A stretch of DNA of 63,910 nucleotides, counting the filler, from Stramenopiles sp. TOSAG23-2 (taxonomy: Eukaryota), in the NCBI GenBank assembly GCA_900128395.1. It is 3 parts of 3 records of this genome, joined end to end, with 100 filler letters (N's around TTAATTAATTAA, not from the genome) between each part and the next. Parts side by side here need not be neighbours in the genome. Positions count along the whole stretch, not along the records: positions 23,460 to 46,770 come from LT649490.1; positions 46,871 to 63,910 come from LT649659.1; 1 more part is not named here. One strand, written 5' to 3'. The position numbers and the translations under genes are program-made. Shown piece by piece: positions 36,231 through 46,924 of the stretch. Each line of letters opens with the position of its first letter. Within the stretch, counting starts at the first letter, position 1. The notes under the pieces are model-generated. The model did not search any database, was not told where the DNA came from, and saw only the letters and a list, made by a program, of their open reading frames with translations.

Positions 36231-36352
36231 GATGAAATATATATATATATAATTGTAGAGACAAACAGAACAACATGTGATATAGTGTGAAAAGAGGAAA
36301 GATATAGATTCAAAATAATTAGAGACCGCACCCTTTAGAAGGATTAGTAAAA

Positions 36353-37455
36353 ATGTATAAACGAAAATCAGTACCGAAGACTACTCATCCAGAGTTTTTA
36401 ACGGTGGAGGAACAATTAGTATCGTCTAATATATTACCTATGAAATCATTGTATAGTTCAAAATCAACACCTGTGATATACGAATCAACAAAACGAATAC
36501 AACCAGTTGCAAATACTACGTGGACACGATCAATACGTAATCGTAAACGACGAATGAATGAATTCCCAGCGATGAGACGCAATGAAAGCAAACAAACTTC
36601 TACCTTTGGTGTCGTAGGGCACCAAGAAGGTAGTGAAGTAGATATATTAGAAAGACAACATAGACATAGGCCAGGGTAAGTTTTAGATTATCTTTTTAAT
36701 ATACACATAATATATTACACGCATTCCAATAATACATCTTCGTAGTAAATAATAAAAAGATGTTTATATATATACTCTTTCAGGAAATATATAAAAAAAT
36801 ATAATGTTTTAACTAACAACAACACTCTATTTCACACACACACATATGTATAATATACACAAAACAATATAGACCTGCATCATATGATGTAAAACCATTA
36901 CCAAGTAAAGGTGGTAAATTTAACTTATCAAGAGCAAAATCTGATTTAGAATGGAAAATGTATTTCGCAAGTAAAATTCCTGGGCCAGCTGATTTTGATC
37001 CTCAACCATTGAAAAACAGAGGTGGTAAATTTAGTAATGCAAATCCAAAATCAGATGTAGAATGGTTAATATACCATGCAAGTATGAAACCAGGCGTAGG
37101 AGAATATGATTTAGTCCAATCATTTAAAAATTTAACCGGTCCAGGACCATGTGCACGTATATCAAGCATTGAACGTGGTTTGCAAAAGCAAAGTAATTAC
37201 AAAGCTAAAAAAGTAGATAGAACGATTAAAGGGAAAGATATTGTCGTGCAAAAACAGGAACATATACGTCGTAAAAAGAAAAAACCAATGGCACGTGGAA
37301 TCAAAGGTGAATCGCCTGTACGCGTAACAAAGACTGTAAAGAAGAAAGGATTAAATGTCATGAAAAGTAAAAACAAAGGTGATATTGTATATGTACAAAA
37401 GGTAGATAAATTAGGACGTGTACGTGTAGCAGCAGTGAAAGTTCCAAGATTTTAA
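36353..37455 (+). CDS. SHIPPO/ODF3-like PGP-repeat axonemal protein; two exons (36353-36675, 36873-37455)
   Basis: GT-AG intron 36676-36872 (GTAAGT...ACTAAC...TAG). Splicing rebuilds RPGPASYD, followed in frame by IPGPADFD and KPGVGEYD. Confidence 0.82.
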
Positions 37456-37836
37456 ATGTATATATAATGCGCAGAGATGAAGTTTAATAAAAAAAAAATA
37501 TGTAAAATTGTAATAAATTGTAGAAAATATATGATATACCGTATATTATTTTTTATTTTACACACACGTAAAAAGACTTCTTTGACTATTAAAGTTTACA
37601 CATCATATTATATATATATATTTGCATCTATCGTCCAGAACAGAAATAAACTATTATTTTTACATTGTACAATTTTGTACGATCAACCAAAAACCTTGTG
37701 TGTGTGTAACAAACACAAATGATACACACACTCCTATGATATTCAACATATCATATATATTTATTAAAATATTCGTAATATTATATTTATAATAATAAAT
37801 TATTCATATGCATGTAGATACGTGCATAAATAATAT

Positions 37837-38130
37837 TTATTCATCATCGTCATTATTTGCAAAAGGGTTACTAATTTGCGCAAAGCCTTCCTCTGGTGCT
37901 ACTAATGTCACTTGTGGACCTCTACATATTACGTTTGGTATTTTCCTAGCCATGTTATTACTATTGCCTTGATTATCCACTAAATATTCAATACATTCCT
38001 CTAATACCATATTTACCATATCATCATATCCTTTCAATACACCTACTACTTCCCTACCACCTTGGAAGGTTACCCTTACTTTTTTTCCCAATTGACTTTT
38101 CAAGTCTAATATTTGTTTACGTTTTGACAT
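37837..38130 (-). CDS. LSM7: U6 snRNA-associated Sm-like protein LSm7
   Basis: ILDL...KKVRVTFQGGREVVGVLKGYDDMVNMVL, VICRGPQVTLVAPEEG and ISNPF. Confidence 0.93.
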   Translation of the reverse strand: MSKRKQILDLKSQLGKKVRVTFQGGREVVGVLKGYDDMVNMVLEECIEYLVDNQGNSNNMARKIPNVICRGPQVTLVAPEEGFAQISNPFANNDDDE

Positions 38131-38949
38131 GATATATATATATATAAGTTCCTTCTCTTTTTCACTTACTATGTTTTCCTTCAAAGTATGACAATACATC
38201 TTTTTACTTTTCTTTATATATATATCGTTTATCGATACGAATGGTCAAAAATTCATCTTTTTTGATCTTAATTAAATTCAGTATTTTATGTTATTCTAAC
38301 TTCCCTTTCAAGTATAAATTAGTATGCTATCATTTGATAGGATTTCATGCAAATTTTGTCGTGATTCAGCATATCCGAAATTCCAAAAAACAAATGAAAA
38401 TATATGATGGAAATATCCGCATAAATCATATTGATTGGGAATATAACTTGTATGTATATATACTAATAAGTATAACAACACGTTTTGTTCCAAGATTTTC
38501 TACATTTAGCATACGAATAGCGTTAACTTTGGCCCCCATCCACGACATGTTTTCTGCTCTACGGCATGTTTCCATATTTGCGTATCGGTTTTTTCATATA
38601 GTCTATAGTATTTACATGCTAAACAGCTTATTTAATTAATAAGAAGCCATATGACTTCTTTTTTTTAATGAAAGACACACACATTTCCAATAAAATATAT
38701 ATAATAGATGGGAGATAGAAATAGATAGATGTTGGTTGTGTGAGATGAAAACAATTTCTGGATATATATATATTGTATTTGATAACTATAATATATCATT
38801 CGTTTTTGTAGTGTTGTATGCGTGTGAAAACAACGTGTATAGTATAGAAATCACTACATATATACATATATATATACACACACAATTTTATTATTATTTA
38901 TTAATATTACGTAGATAGATATATATCAAATTTATAATAATAAAAGATC

Positions 38950-39907
38950 ATGAATAATAATAATAATAATAATAAGAAAGAAACAACATTTCCATCTTCC
39001 GTTTCGAATAATACTCTTCATAAATCTAACAGTACAAAACAACTAGAAAATGAAAAGAAAAAGCTATTGAAAAAATTACGGAAAACGCATAATGAAATTG
39101 CTACAAAGCAAATGACAGTCAAATTTATATGATGAAGAATTGGAATCAAAAGGCTGGAATAGAAAAGAAGTTGCATTAGCAGCTAAAGACGTAGTTGATA
39201 TATGTTTATTGAAACATATTAACGATGATGATGATGATGATGATGATGATAATAATAATAATATTAGCAACCCAATCCAAGAAAAAGGCTTGGAAGAGGA
39301 AGAAGAAACAGAAGGTATCGAGGATGAGGAAAAGGTCGAAGAAACAGAAGATATCGAGGATGAGGAAGTGGAAGAAGAAGTACTAGTTGTAGAAGTAGAT
39401 AGCGCGAAAACGAACCAAGAAACAGTGTCATTGGAAAGCGTAGTTAAAGTAGAGTCAGAGGAAATATCAGAAGAGGATAGTCGAATTAAATTTGAAATTA
39501 AAACATTGAAAAAGATGGTAGATAATAATGTAAAAAGAGTGCATGATAGAATTGAAAACTCAAGTACAACAAGTAGCAATAATGACAATAATAAAAATGA
39601 CGAGACAACAACGGATAGAGAAGAAGAATATTTTCTTGCAATGAAGAAAAAAAAGGATGAAGAAGAGCTTGCTGCAAAAGAAGATAGAGAGAAGAAATTA
39701 GCCAGCATGAATGAAGAAGATAGACTTGCTTTTTTGCTAACTGAAGCGGATCAATTAGAGCATCGGAAGAAACAAGATAGGATGTTAAAAACTCAGTCTA
39801 GCTCCTTTTTCGTTGGAAAAAAGAAAAAAGTTGGCGGTGGTAGAGGAAAGAAGAAGAAGAAAGGAAAAAGCAAGAAGAGCAATAAGAATAACAAAAATAA
39901 AAAATAA
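38950..39907 (+). CDS. Acidic/basic low-complexity protein with one apparent +1 frameshift near 39121
   Basis: ORFs 38950-39132 and 39140-39907 join if one A is removed from GTCAAATTTATAT. Lys-rich GGGRGKKK tail. Confidence 0.6.
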
Positions 39908-40178
39908 AAATTAGAGAGAGAAGGGTACGTCATACTCGTGTAAGTTTTTTGGAAAAAGAATATAAAAATATATGTGTCGCGTATAAAATATATACGTCGT
40001 AAAATGTTCTCTTACTCACATATATTATATAAATTTGTTTTACTCATAAAATATATATATATATTATTTAATTTATATACGACGTATGTGATATTTTTTT
40101 ACGTAAAATTACTACGCACTCAATATATATTTTGAAGAATATATCACGTGGTATTACGCGTAGTCGTCTAGCTTTACG

Positions 40179-40691
40179 TCAAAAAGCAAATTTGCGTTTC
40201 TTCATTCCAAACATCCCACTTCCATCGTCGTCATCGTCATCAATTAAATTTATCACCTTGCTAGTATTCCTAATATTACTATTACTCCCTCCTTTTAACA
40301 TCGTGCCATTTGCCGTAGTTAAATCAAGAACTGCACCATCCATACTATTTTTTTCTTGCCATTCTATAAAATCAGCTCCATATCCCCATTCTTTTTTCCA
40401 GGTTTTACTTTCTAACTTGAATTGTTTCGAGTCTTTATACGATGAGGAAACACTACTATTTTCTTGTTTCTTTCTTTTTTTAGTTCTTCTATATACAGTT
40501 TTATTATTGTCGTCAGATGTGGTAGCAAAATTAAAGCTGCTACTGGTGCTGCTACTAGAGCTACTTGCTCCATCAGGTGACCAAGTAATATTTGTGCTGG
40601 TACTACTACGATTATTTGTTCCTGCTGTTATATTTCTTCTCCATACATATGGATTATGATTATTATTATTGCTTTTCCACAATGATGACAT
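40179..40691 (-). CDS. Hypothetical Ser/Asn-rich protein
   Basis: ATG-initiated 170-aa ORF with the host's typical low-complexity runs and basic clusters. Confidence 0.55.
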   Translation of the reverse strand: MSSLWKSNNNNHNPYVWRRNITAGTNNRSSTSTNITWSPDGASSSSSSTSSSFNFATTSDDNNKTVYRRTKKRKKQENSSVSSSYKDSKQFKLESKTWKKEWGYGADFIEWQEKNSMDGAVLDLTTANGTMLKGGSNSNIRNTSKVINLIDDDDDDGSGMFGMKKRKFAF

Positions 40692-41688
40692 GGTTTACTT
40701 ATTTACATATATGTACATTGAATGTTTCTATATTTACAATTTTGGTCTATTCAACGTGTAGATAACGGCTGATAAATACTCTTTCCTATATTTATTTTTA
40801 TTACGCATACAACAAAAAAGATACATGTTGTATTTGTGATGTTGCTGATGTTGTGTCGATGTTGTTCGTTTATTGTTTCGCAACTTTCCGATTATATTAA
40901 AAAAAAACGGACTTAGCGAGACTTCTGCTTCTGGTTTCTTGCTGTGAGAATATCAAATTTTATACTTGAGAAGAGGGCATGAAATCTCCTAATATAGATC
41001 TATGATCTAGATCTAAGATCTAAAATCTAAGATCTAGATCTGTACAATATAATACCTTAACCTGGTAACTGGTGATGCGAGTTTTTTTTTTGTGAGATTT
41101 TTTCTTCTTGCTGGATCTGTACAATATAATACCTTAACCTGGTAACTGGTGATGCGAGTTTTTTTTTTGGCTGCTGGCTTGCCTTAGCTTGCATGCAACT
41201 CTTTATCTTCTTCTAGAATTTTTAGAATTTTTAATAATAAGAATATTTGAATTTTTTTAATCACACACACTCTATAGCTGGCTTGCAAAAAGTTCTCAGT
41301 CCCCCTTTTTTTTTTTCATTTTTCTACTACGTTACATCTTTGTTATCTGTATTTTATTGTATTGACGTTGAGTTTATTATTCTAGTTTTTGTTTTGTTAT
41401 ATTATCATTTAATTTTATATATTATCAACTTCAAGTTTAGTAAAACATGTTGAAAAAAATGAAAAAAAATAAGCCATTGTTGGTTGAAATATTATTGACA
41501 TTATCAGCTGCTTTTCTATATTATGGTGTAGAAAGTGCAAAAATGATACGTACAGTTGCAGCAAATGGACAAGGTATTGATATGCGTGATGTATTTTATT
41601 GTATTGACGTTGAGTTTATTATTCTAGTTTTTGTTTTGTTATATTATAATTTAATTTTATATATTATCAACTTCAAGTTTAGTAAAAC

Positions 41689-44600
41689 ATGTTGAAAAAA
41701 ATGAAAAAAAATAAGCCATTGTTGGTTGAAATATTATTGACATTATCAGCTGCTTTTCTATATTATGGTGTAGAAAGTGCAAAAATGATACGTACAGTTG
41801 CAGCAAATGGACAAGGTATTGATATGCGTGGATGTGGTGTTGAAGGAAATATTTACTGTAATACTACACAATTTGCTATATTTGAATCAAATGATGGTGA
41901 TGAAATTGTATTATTAAAAGGTATTCATACGTGTGATACTAATATTACAACCGTAGTATATGGCGATAGTAATGGTGGTATAAGATTTGTACAACGTGAT
42001 GGAAACACTGCTATTAGTGGAATATATATACATGGTGCTAACAATACTAGAAATGATAATGTTATATATGATTGTAAACATACAAAACGCGCATTTGCAT
42101 TTATGAGTGAAAATGAAGGTTTAAATACTGCATTGAGTAATTTTAGTATTTCTAATGGGAGTGCTCATCGGGGAGGTGGTGTATATATTCAATCACAAGC
42201 TCAACCTATATTTAATCATGTCATTTGGATTCGTAATGTAGCACAAGGTGGTGGTGGTGGTGTTTTTATCGTAAATTCTAATACCAATCCAACATTTAAT
42301 AATTGTACATTTCAAGAAAATAAAGCACAATATAGTAAATATGGTGGAGGTGGTGTATATATTGAATTCGATGCTCAACCTATATTTAATCATGTCATTT
42401 GGATTCGTAATGTAGCACAAGGTTATGGTGGTGGTGTTTTTATCACAGATCCTAATACCAAACCAACATTTAATAATTGTACATTTCAAGAAAATAAAGC
42501 ACAATATAGTAAATATGGTGGAGGTGGTGTATATATTGAATTCGATGCTCAACCTATATTTAATCATGTCATTTGGATTCGTAATGTAGCACAAGGTCGT
42601 GGTGGTGGTGTTTTTATCTCAAGTTCTAATACCAAACCAACATTTAATAATTGTACTATCGCAAGTTCTAATACCAAACCAACATTTAATAATTGTACAT
42701 TTCAAGAAAATGAAGCACAATATAGTAAATATGGTGGAGGTGGTGGTGTATATATTGAATTCGATGCTCAACCTATATTTAATCATGTCATTTGGATTCG
42801 TAATGTAGCACAAGGTTATGGTGGTGGTGTTTTTATCTCAAGTTCTAATACCAAACCAACATTTAATAATTGTACATCTCAAGAAAATGAAGCACAATAT
42901 AGTAAATATGGTGGAGGTGGAGTATATATTGAATTCGATGCTCAACCTATATTTAATCATGTCATTTGGATTCGTAATGTAGCACAAGGTTATGGTGGTG
43001 GTGTTTATATCAGAGATTCTAATACCAAACCAACATTTAATAATTGTACATTTCAAGAAAATGAAGCACCAAATAGTAATTATGGTGGAGGTGGTGTATA
43101 TATTCAATCACAAGCTCAACCTATATTTAATCATGTCATTTGGATTCGTAATGTAGCACAAGGTGGTGGTGGTGGTGTTTTTATCATAAGTTCTAATACC
43201 AAACCAACATTTAATAATTGTACATTTCAAGAAAATAAAGCACAATATAGTAAATATGGTGGAGGTGGAGTATATATTGAATTCGATGCTCAACCTATAT
43301 TTAATCATGTCATTTGGATTCGTAATGTAGCACAAGGTGGTGGTGGTGGTGTTTTTATCATAAGTTCTAATACCAAACCAACATTTAATAATTGTACATT
43401 TCAAGAAAATAAAGCATTAAATAGTAATTATGGTGGAGGTGGTGTATATATTAAATACCAAGCTCAACCTATATTTAATCATGTTATTTGGATTCGTAAT
43501 GTAGCACAAGGTCGTGGTGGTGGTGTTTTTGTCACAAGTTTTAATACCAAACCAACATTTAATAATTGTACATTTCAAGAAAATGAAGCATCAAATAGTA
43601 ATTATGGTGGAGGTGGTGTATATATTGAATTACAAGCTCAACCTATATTTAATCATGTCATTTGGATTCGTAATGTAGCACAAGGTCGTGGTGGGGGTGT
43701 TTTTGTCACAAGTTTTAATACCAAACCAACATTTAATAATTGTACATCTCAAGAAAATGAAGCACAATATAGTAAATATGGTGGAGGTGGAGTATATATT
43801 GAATTCGATGCTCAACCTATATTTAATCATGTCATTTGGATTCGTAATGTAGCACAAGGTCGTGGTGGTGGTGTTTTTATCATAAATTTTAATACCAAAC
43901 CAACATTTAATTATTGTACATTTCAAGAAAATGAAGCACCAAATAGTAATTATGGTGGAGGTGGTGTATATATTCAATCACAAGCTCAACCTATATTTAA
44001 TCATGTCATTTGGATTCGTAATGTAGCGGAAGGCCGTGGTGGTGGTGTTTTTATCATAAATTTTAATACCAAACCAACATTTAATAATTGTACATCTCAA
44101 GAAAATGAAGCACAATATAGTAAATATGGTGGAGGTGGAGTATATATTGAATTCGATGCTCAACCTATATTTAATCATGTCATTTGGATTCGTAATGTAG
44201 CACAAGTTGTTGGTGGTGGTGTTCTTATCACAGATTCGAATACCAAACCAACATTTAATAATTGTACATTTCAAGAAAATGAAGCACAATATAGTAAATA
44301 TGGTGGAGGTGGAGTATATATTGAATTCGATGCTCAACCTATATTTAATCATGTCATTTGGATTCGTAATGTAGCACAAGGCCGTGGTGGTGGTGTTTTT
44401 ATCATAAATTTTAATACCAAACCAACATTTAATAATTGTACATCTCAAGAAAATGAAGCACAATATAGTAAATATGGTGGAGGTGGAGTATATATTGAAT
44501 TCGATGCTCAACCTATATTTAATCATGTCATTTGGATTCGTAATGTAGCACAAGGCGGTGGTGGTGGTGTTTTTATCATAAGTTCTAATACCAAACCAAC

Positions 44601-46770
44601 ATTTAATAATTGTACATTTCAAGAAAATGAAGCATCAAATAGTGATTATGGTGGAGGTGGTGTATATATTCAATCACAAGCTCAACCTATATTTAATCAT
44701 GTCATTTGGATTCGTAATGTAGCACAAGGTGCTGGTGGTGGTGTTTATATCACAAGTCCTATTACCAAACCAACATTTAATTATTGTACATTTCAAAACA
44801 ATACTGCTATCAAAGGTGGTGGCGCGATACGACTTCCATTTTATCCTGACTCACCACCCAGCACCGGTGAATGCGGAACATCACTCAACTTTACAAGTAA
44901 AACAATATTTTCCAATAACAAGGCAAATTACAACGCTGGTAATTCAATTTATATTGATATCATACAACCACCATCTGTTCAAACACCTATGAAAGTTTAC
45001 TTTGCACCAACATGTTTTCATAATAAATTTATCAGCACCGGTGAATGCGGAACATCACTCAACTTTACAAGTAAAACAATATTTTCCAATAACAAGGCAA
45101 ATTACATCGCTGGCAATTCAATTTATATTGATATCATACAACCACCATCTGTTCAAACACCTATGAAAGTTTACTTTGCACCAACATGTTTTCATAATAA
45201 AATGGTGGAGGTGGTATATATATTGAATCACAAGCTCAACCTATATTTAATCATGTCATTTGGATTCGTAATGTAGCACAAGGTCGTGGTGGTGGTGTTT
45301 TTATCTCAAGTTCTAATACCAAACCAACATTTAATAATTGTACATTTCAAAACAATACTGCTGTCAAAGGTGGTGGCGCGATACGACTTCCATTTTATCC
45401 TGGCCAACCATTCAGCACCGGTGAATGTGGTACACAAATCACCTTTACAAGCAAAACAATATTTGCCAATAACAAGGCAAATTACAACGCTGGTAATTCA
45501 ATTTATATTGATATCATACAACCACCATCTGTTCAAACACCTATGAAAGTTTACTTTGCACCAACATGTTTTCATAATAAATTTATTACATATATAAATC
45601 AAAACGATAACAGGAAGCAACACGCAAATATCAATTACAACATTGCTACATCTCCATATAAACTTACCATCAGTAAACCAGGCACATTAATACCAACTTC
45701 CATATCGCCAGGAATACAATTAAAAGGTAGTTTACAAGTACAAGATGTATTTGGTAGAAGTTGTACTGAAATTCAAGATAATGATTACACCGCATCAGTG
45801 CGTTTGCAAAACGACAAACAAATTAAGTTTCAAGGTTCGACGGTATTTCTAATTCGTAAATCTGGTATAGTAAATATTTCATATTTAAATGAATTAAAAA
45901 TTAGGAGCGCACCATCCAACTTAATAGGTAAACAAATATCATTACAATTTACTCAAGAAAAATTACAATCTGTAAATACAACAATAACACTTCGTCAATG
46001 CAGAAAAGGATTTCAATCCTCAACAATTAATGATGGAGTATTAACATGTAACCCATGTCCAGCACAACAATATAATGTTATTTCTGGTGGAATATGTCAC
46101 GATTGCCCAACAATTGGTGCAATTTGTATGGGACAGGATGATGTCTATGTACAGCCAGGATATTACGGACATGTTGGACATATTAATACACATTATGGTG
46201 AAATATCAGTATTTGAATGTAGTAGTGGTCTATGTTGTCCATATTTTAATGGTTCTTCCCTTGAACCGTATGATATAAATGGAATAGGGTGTCGTGTTGG
46301 TAGTGGAAAAGATTGTACAACAAATCGTGATCCATTAATCCCTTTATGCGGTTCTTGCATCTCCGGCTATAGTGAAGTTTTAGGCAGTTCTATATGTCGT
46401 AAATGTACCTACATAAATTGGTTTTGGTTTATCATTCCTTTTCCAATTGGTATGATATCCATTATATATTTATTACGTAAAACCTATCTTGCAGCAACAA
46501 AAAATATTTTATTCACATTAATATTTAAGAATTTAATGTTTTTTTACCAAGTTGTTGGTTTAGTATTAAGTCCATCGCAATTAGTAAAACGTGTTAGTGG
46601 CCCTTTATTGATGCTTTTCAGTTTTAATGTTGCAACAAATGAAGCAGATCATTCAGATAGTAATAGTAATGATAAAAAAATAACGACTGAAAATCCATTC
46701 AGTTGTTTAATACCAAATTTAACACCAATTGGTAAATTAGCATTTAATATATATCCAATGGGTATATTAA
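41689..46770 (+). CDS. Polymorphic-membrane-protein-like (GG[A/G]V/I, FxxN) beta-helix surface protein with a Cys-rich stalk and multi-pass C-terminus; truncated
   Basis: Signal peptide, 15 x 58-aa repeats, then CxxC-rich CNPCP...C...QPGYYG...LCGSC..GY, then TM segments (FKNLMFFYQV). Frames are broken by duplicated blocks at 45030-45585. Confidence 0.85.
42170..44800 (+). repeat. 174-bp coding tandem repeat, 15 copies
   Basis: TTTAATCATGT recurs at 42211, 42385, 42559, 42778 and then every 174 bp to 44692. Confidence 0.97.
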
Positions 46771-46870
46771 NNNNNNNNNNNNNNNNNNNNNNNNNNNNNN
46801 NNNNNNNNNNNNNNTTAATTAATTAANNNNNNNNNNNNNNNNNNNNNNNNNNNNNNNNNNNNNNNNNNNN
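46771..46870. other. Artificial contig linker
   Basis: 44 N + TTAATTAATTAA + 44 N. Confidence 0.98.
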
Positions 46871-46924
46871 AGAAAGAGTGGGAAAGATGGTGGGCTGTAT
46901 GTATAAATTAAAAAAAAACAAAAT

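Noticed and set aside
39110-39140. Programmed frameshift at AAATTTA
   Set aside because: A single extra A in a homopolymer is the simpler explanation, and no stimulatory structure was seen.
40994-41041. AGATCT(A) micro-repeat and scattered (TA)n, (CA)n, (AAT)n runs
   Set aside because: Ordinary microsatellites and poly-Asn codons in an AT-rich genome.
42170-44800. CRISPR-like array or DGR template/variable repeats
   Set aside because: Units are in-frame coding repeats without unique spacers, no cas or reverse transcriptase gene is in the window, and the changes are not adenine-specific.
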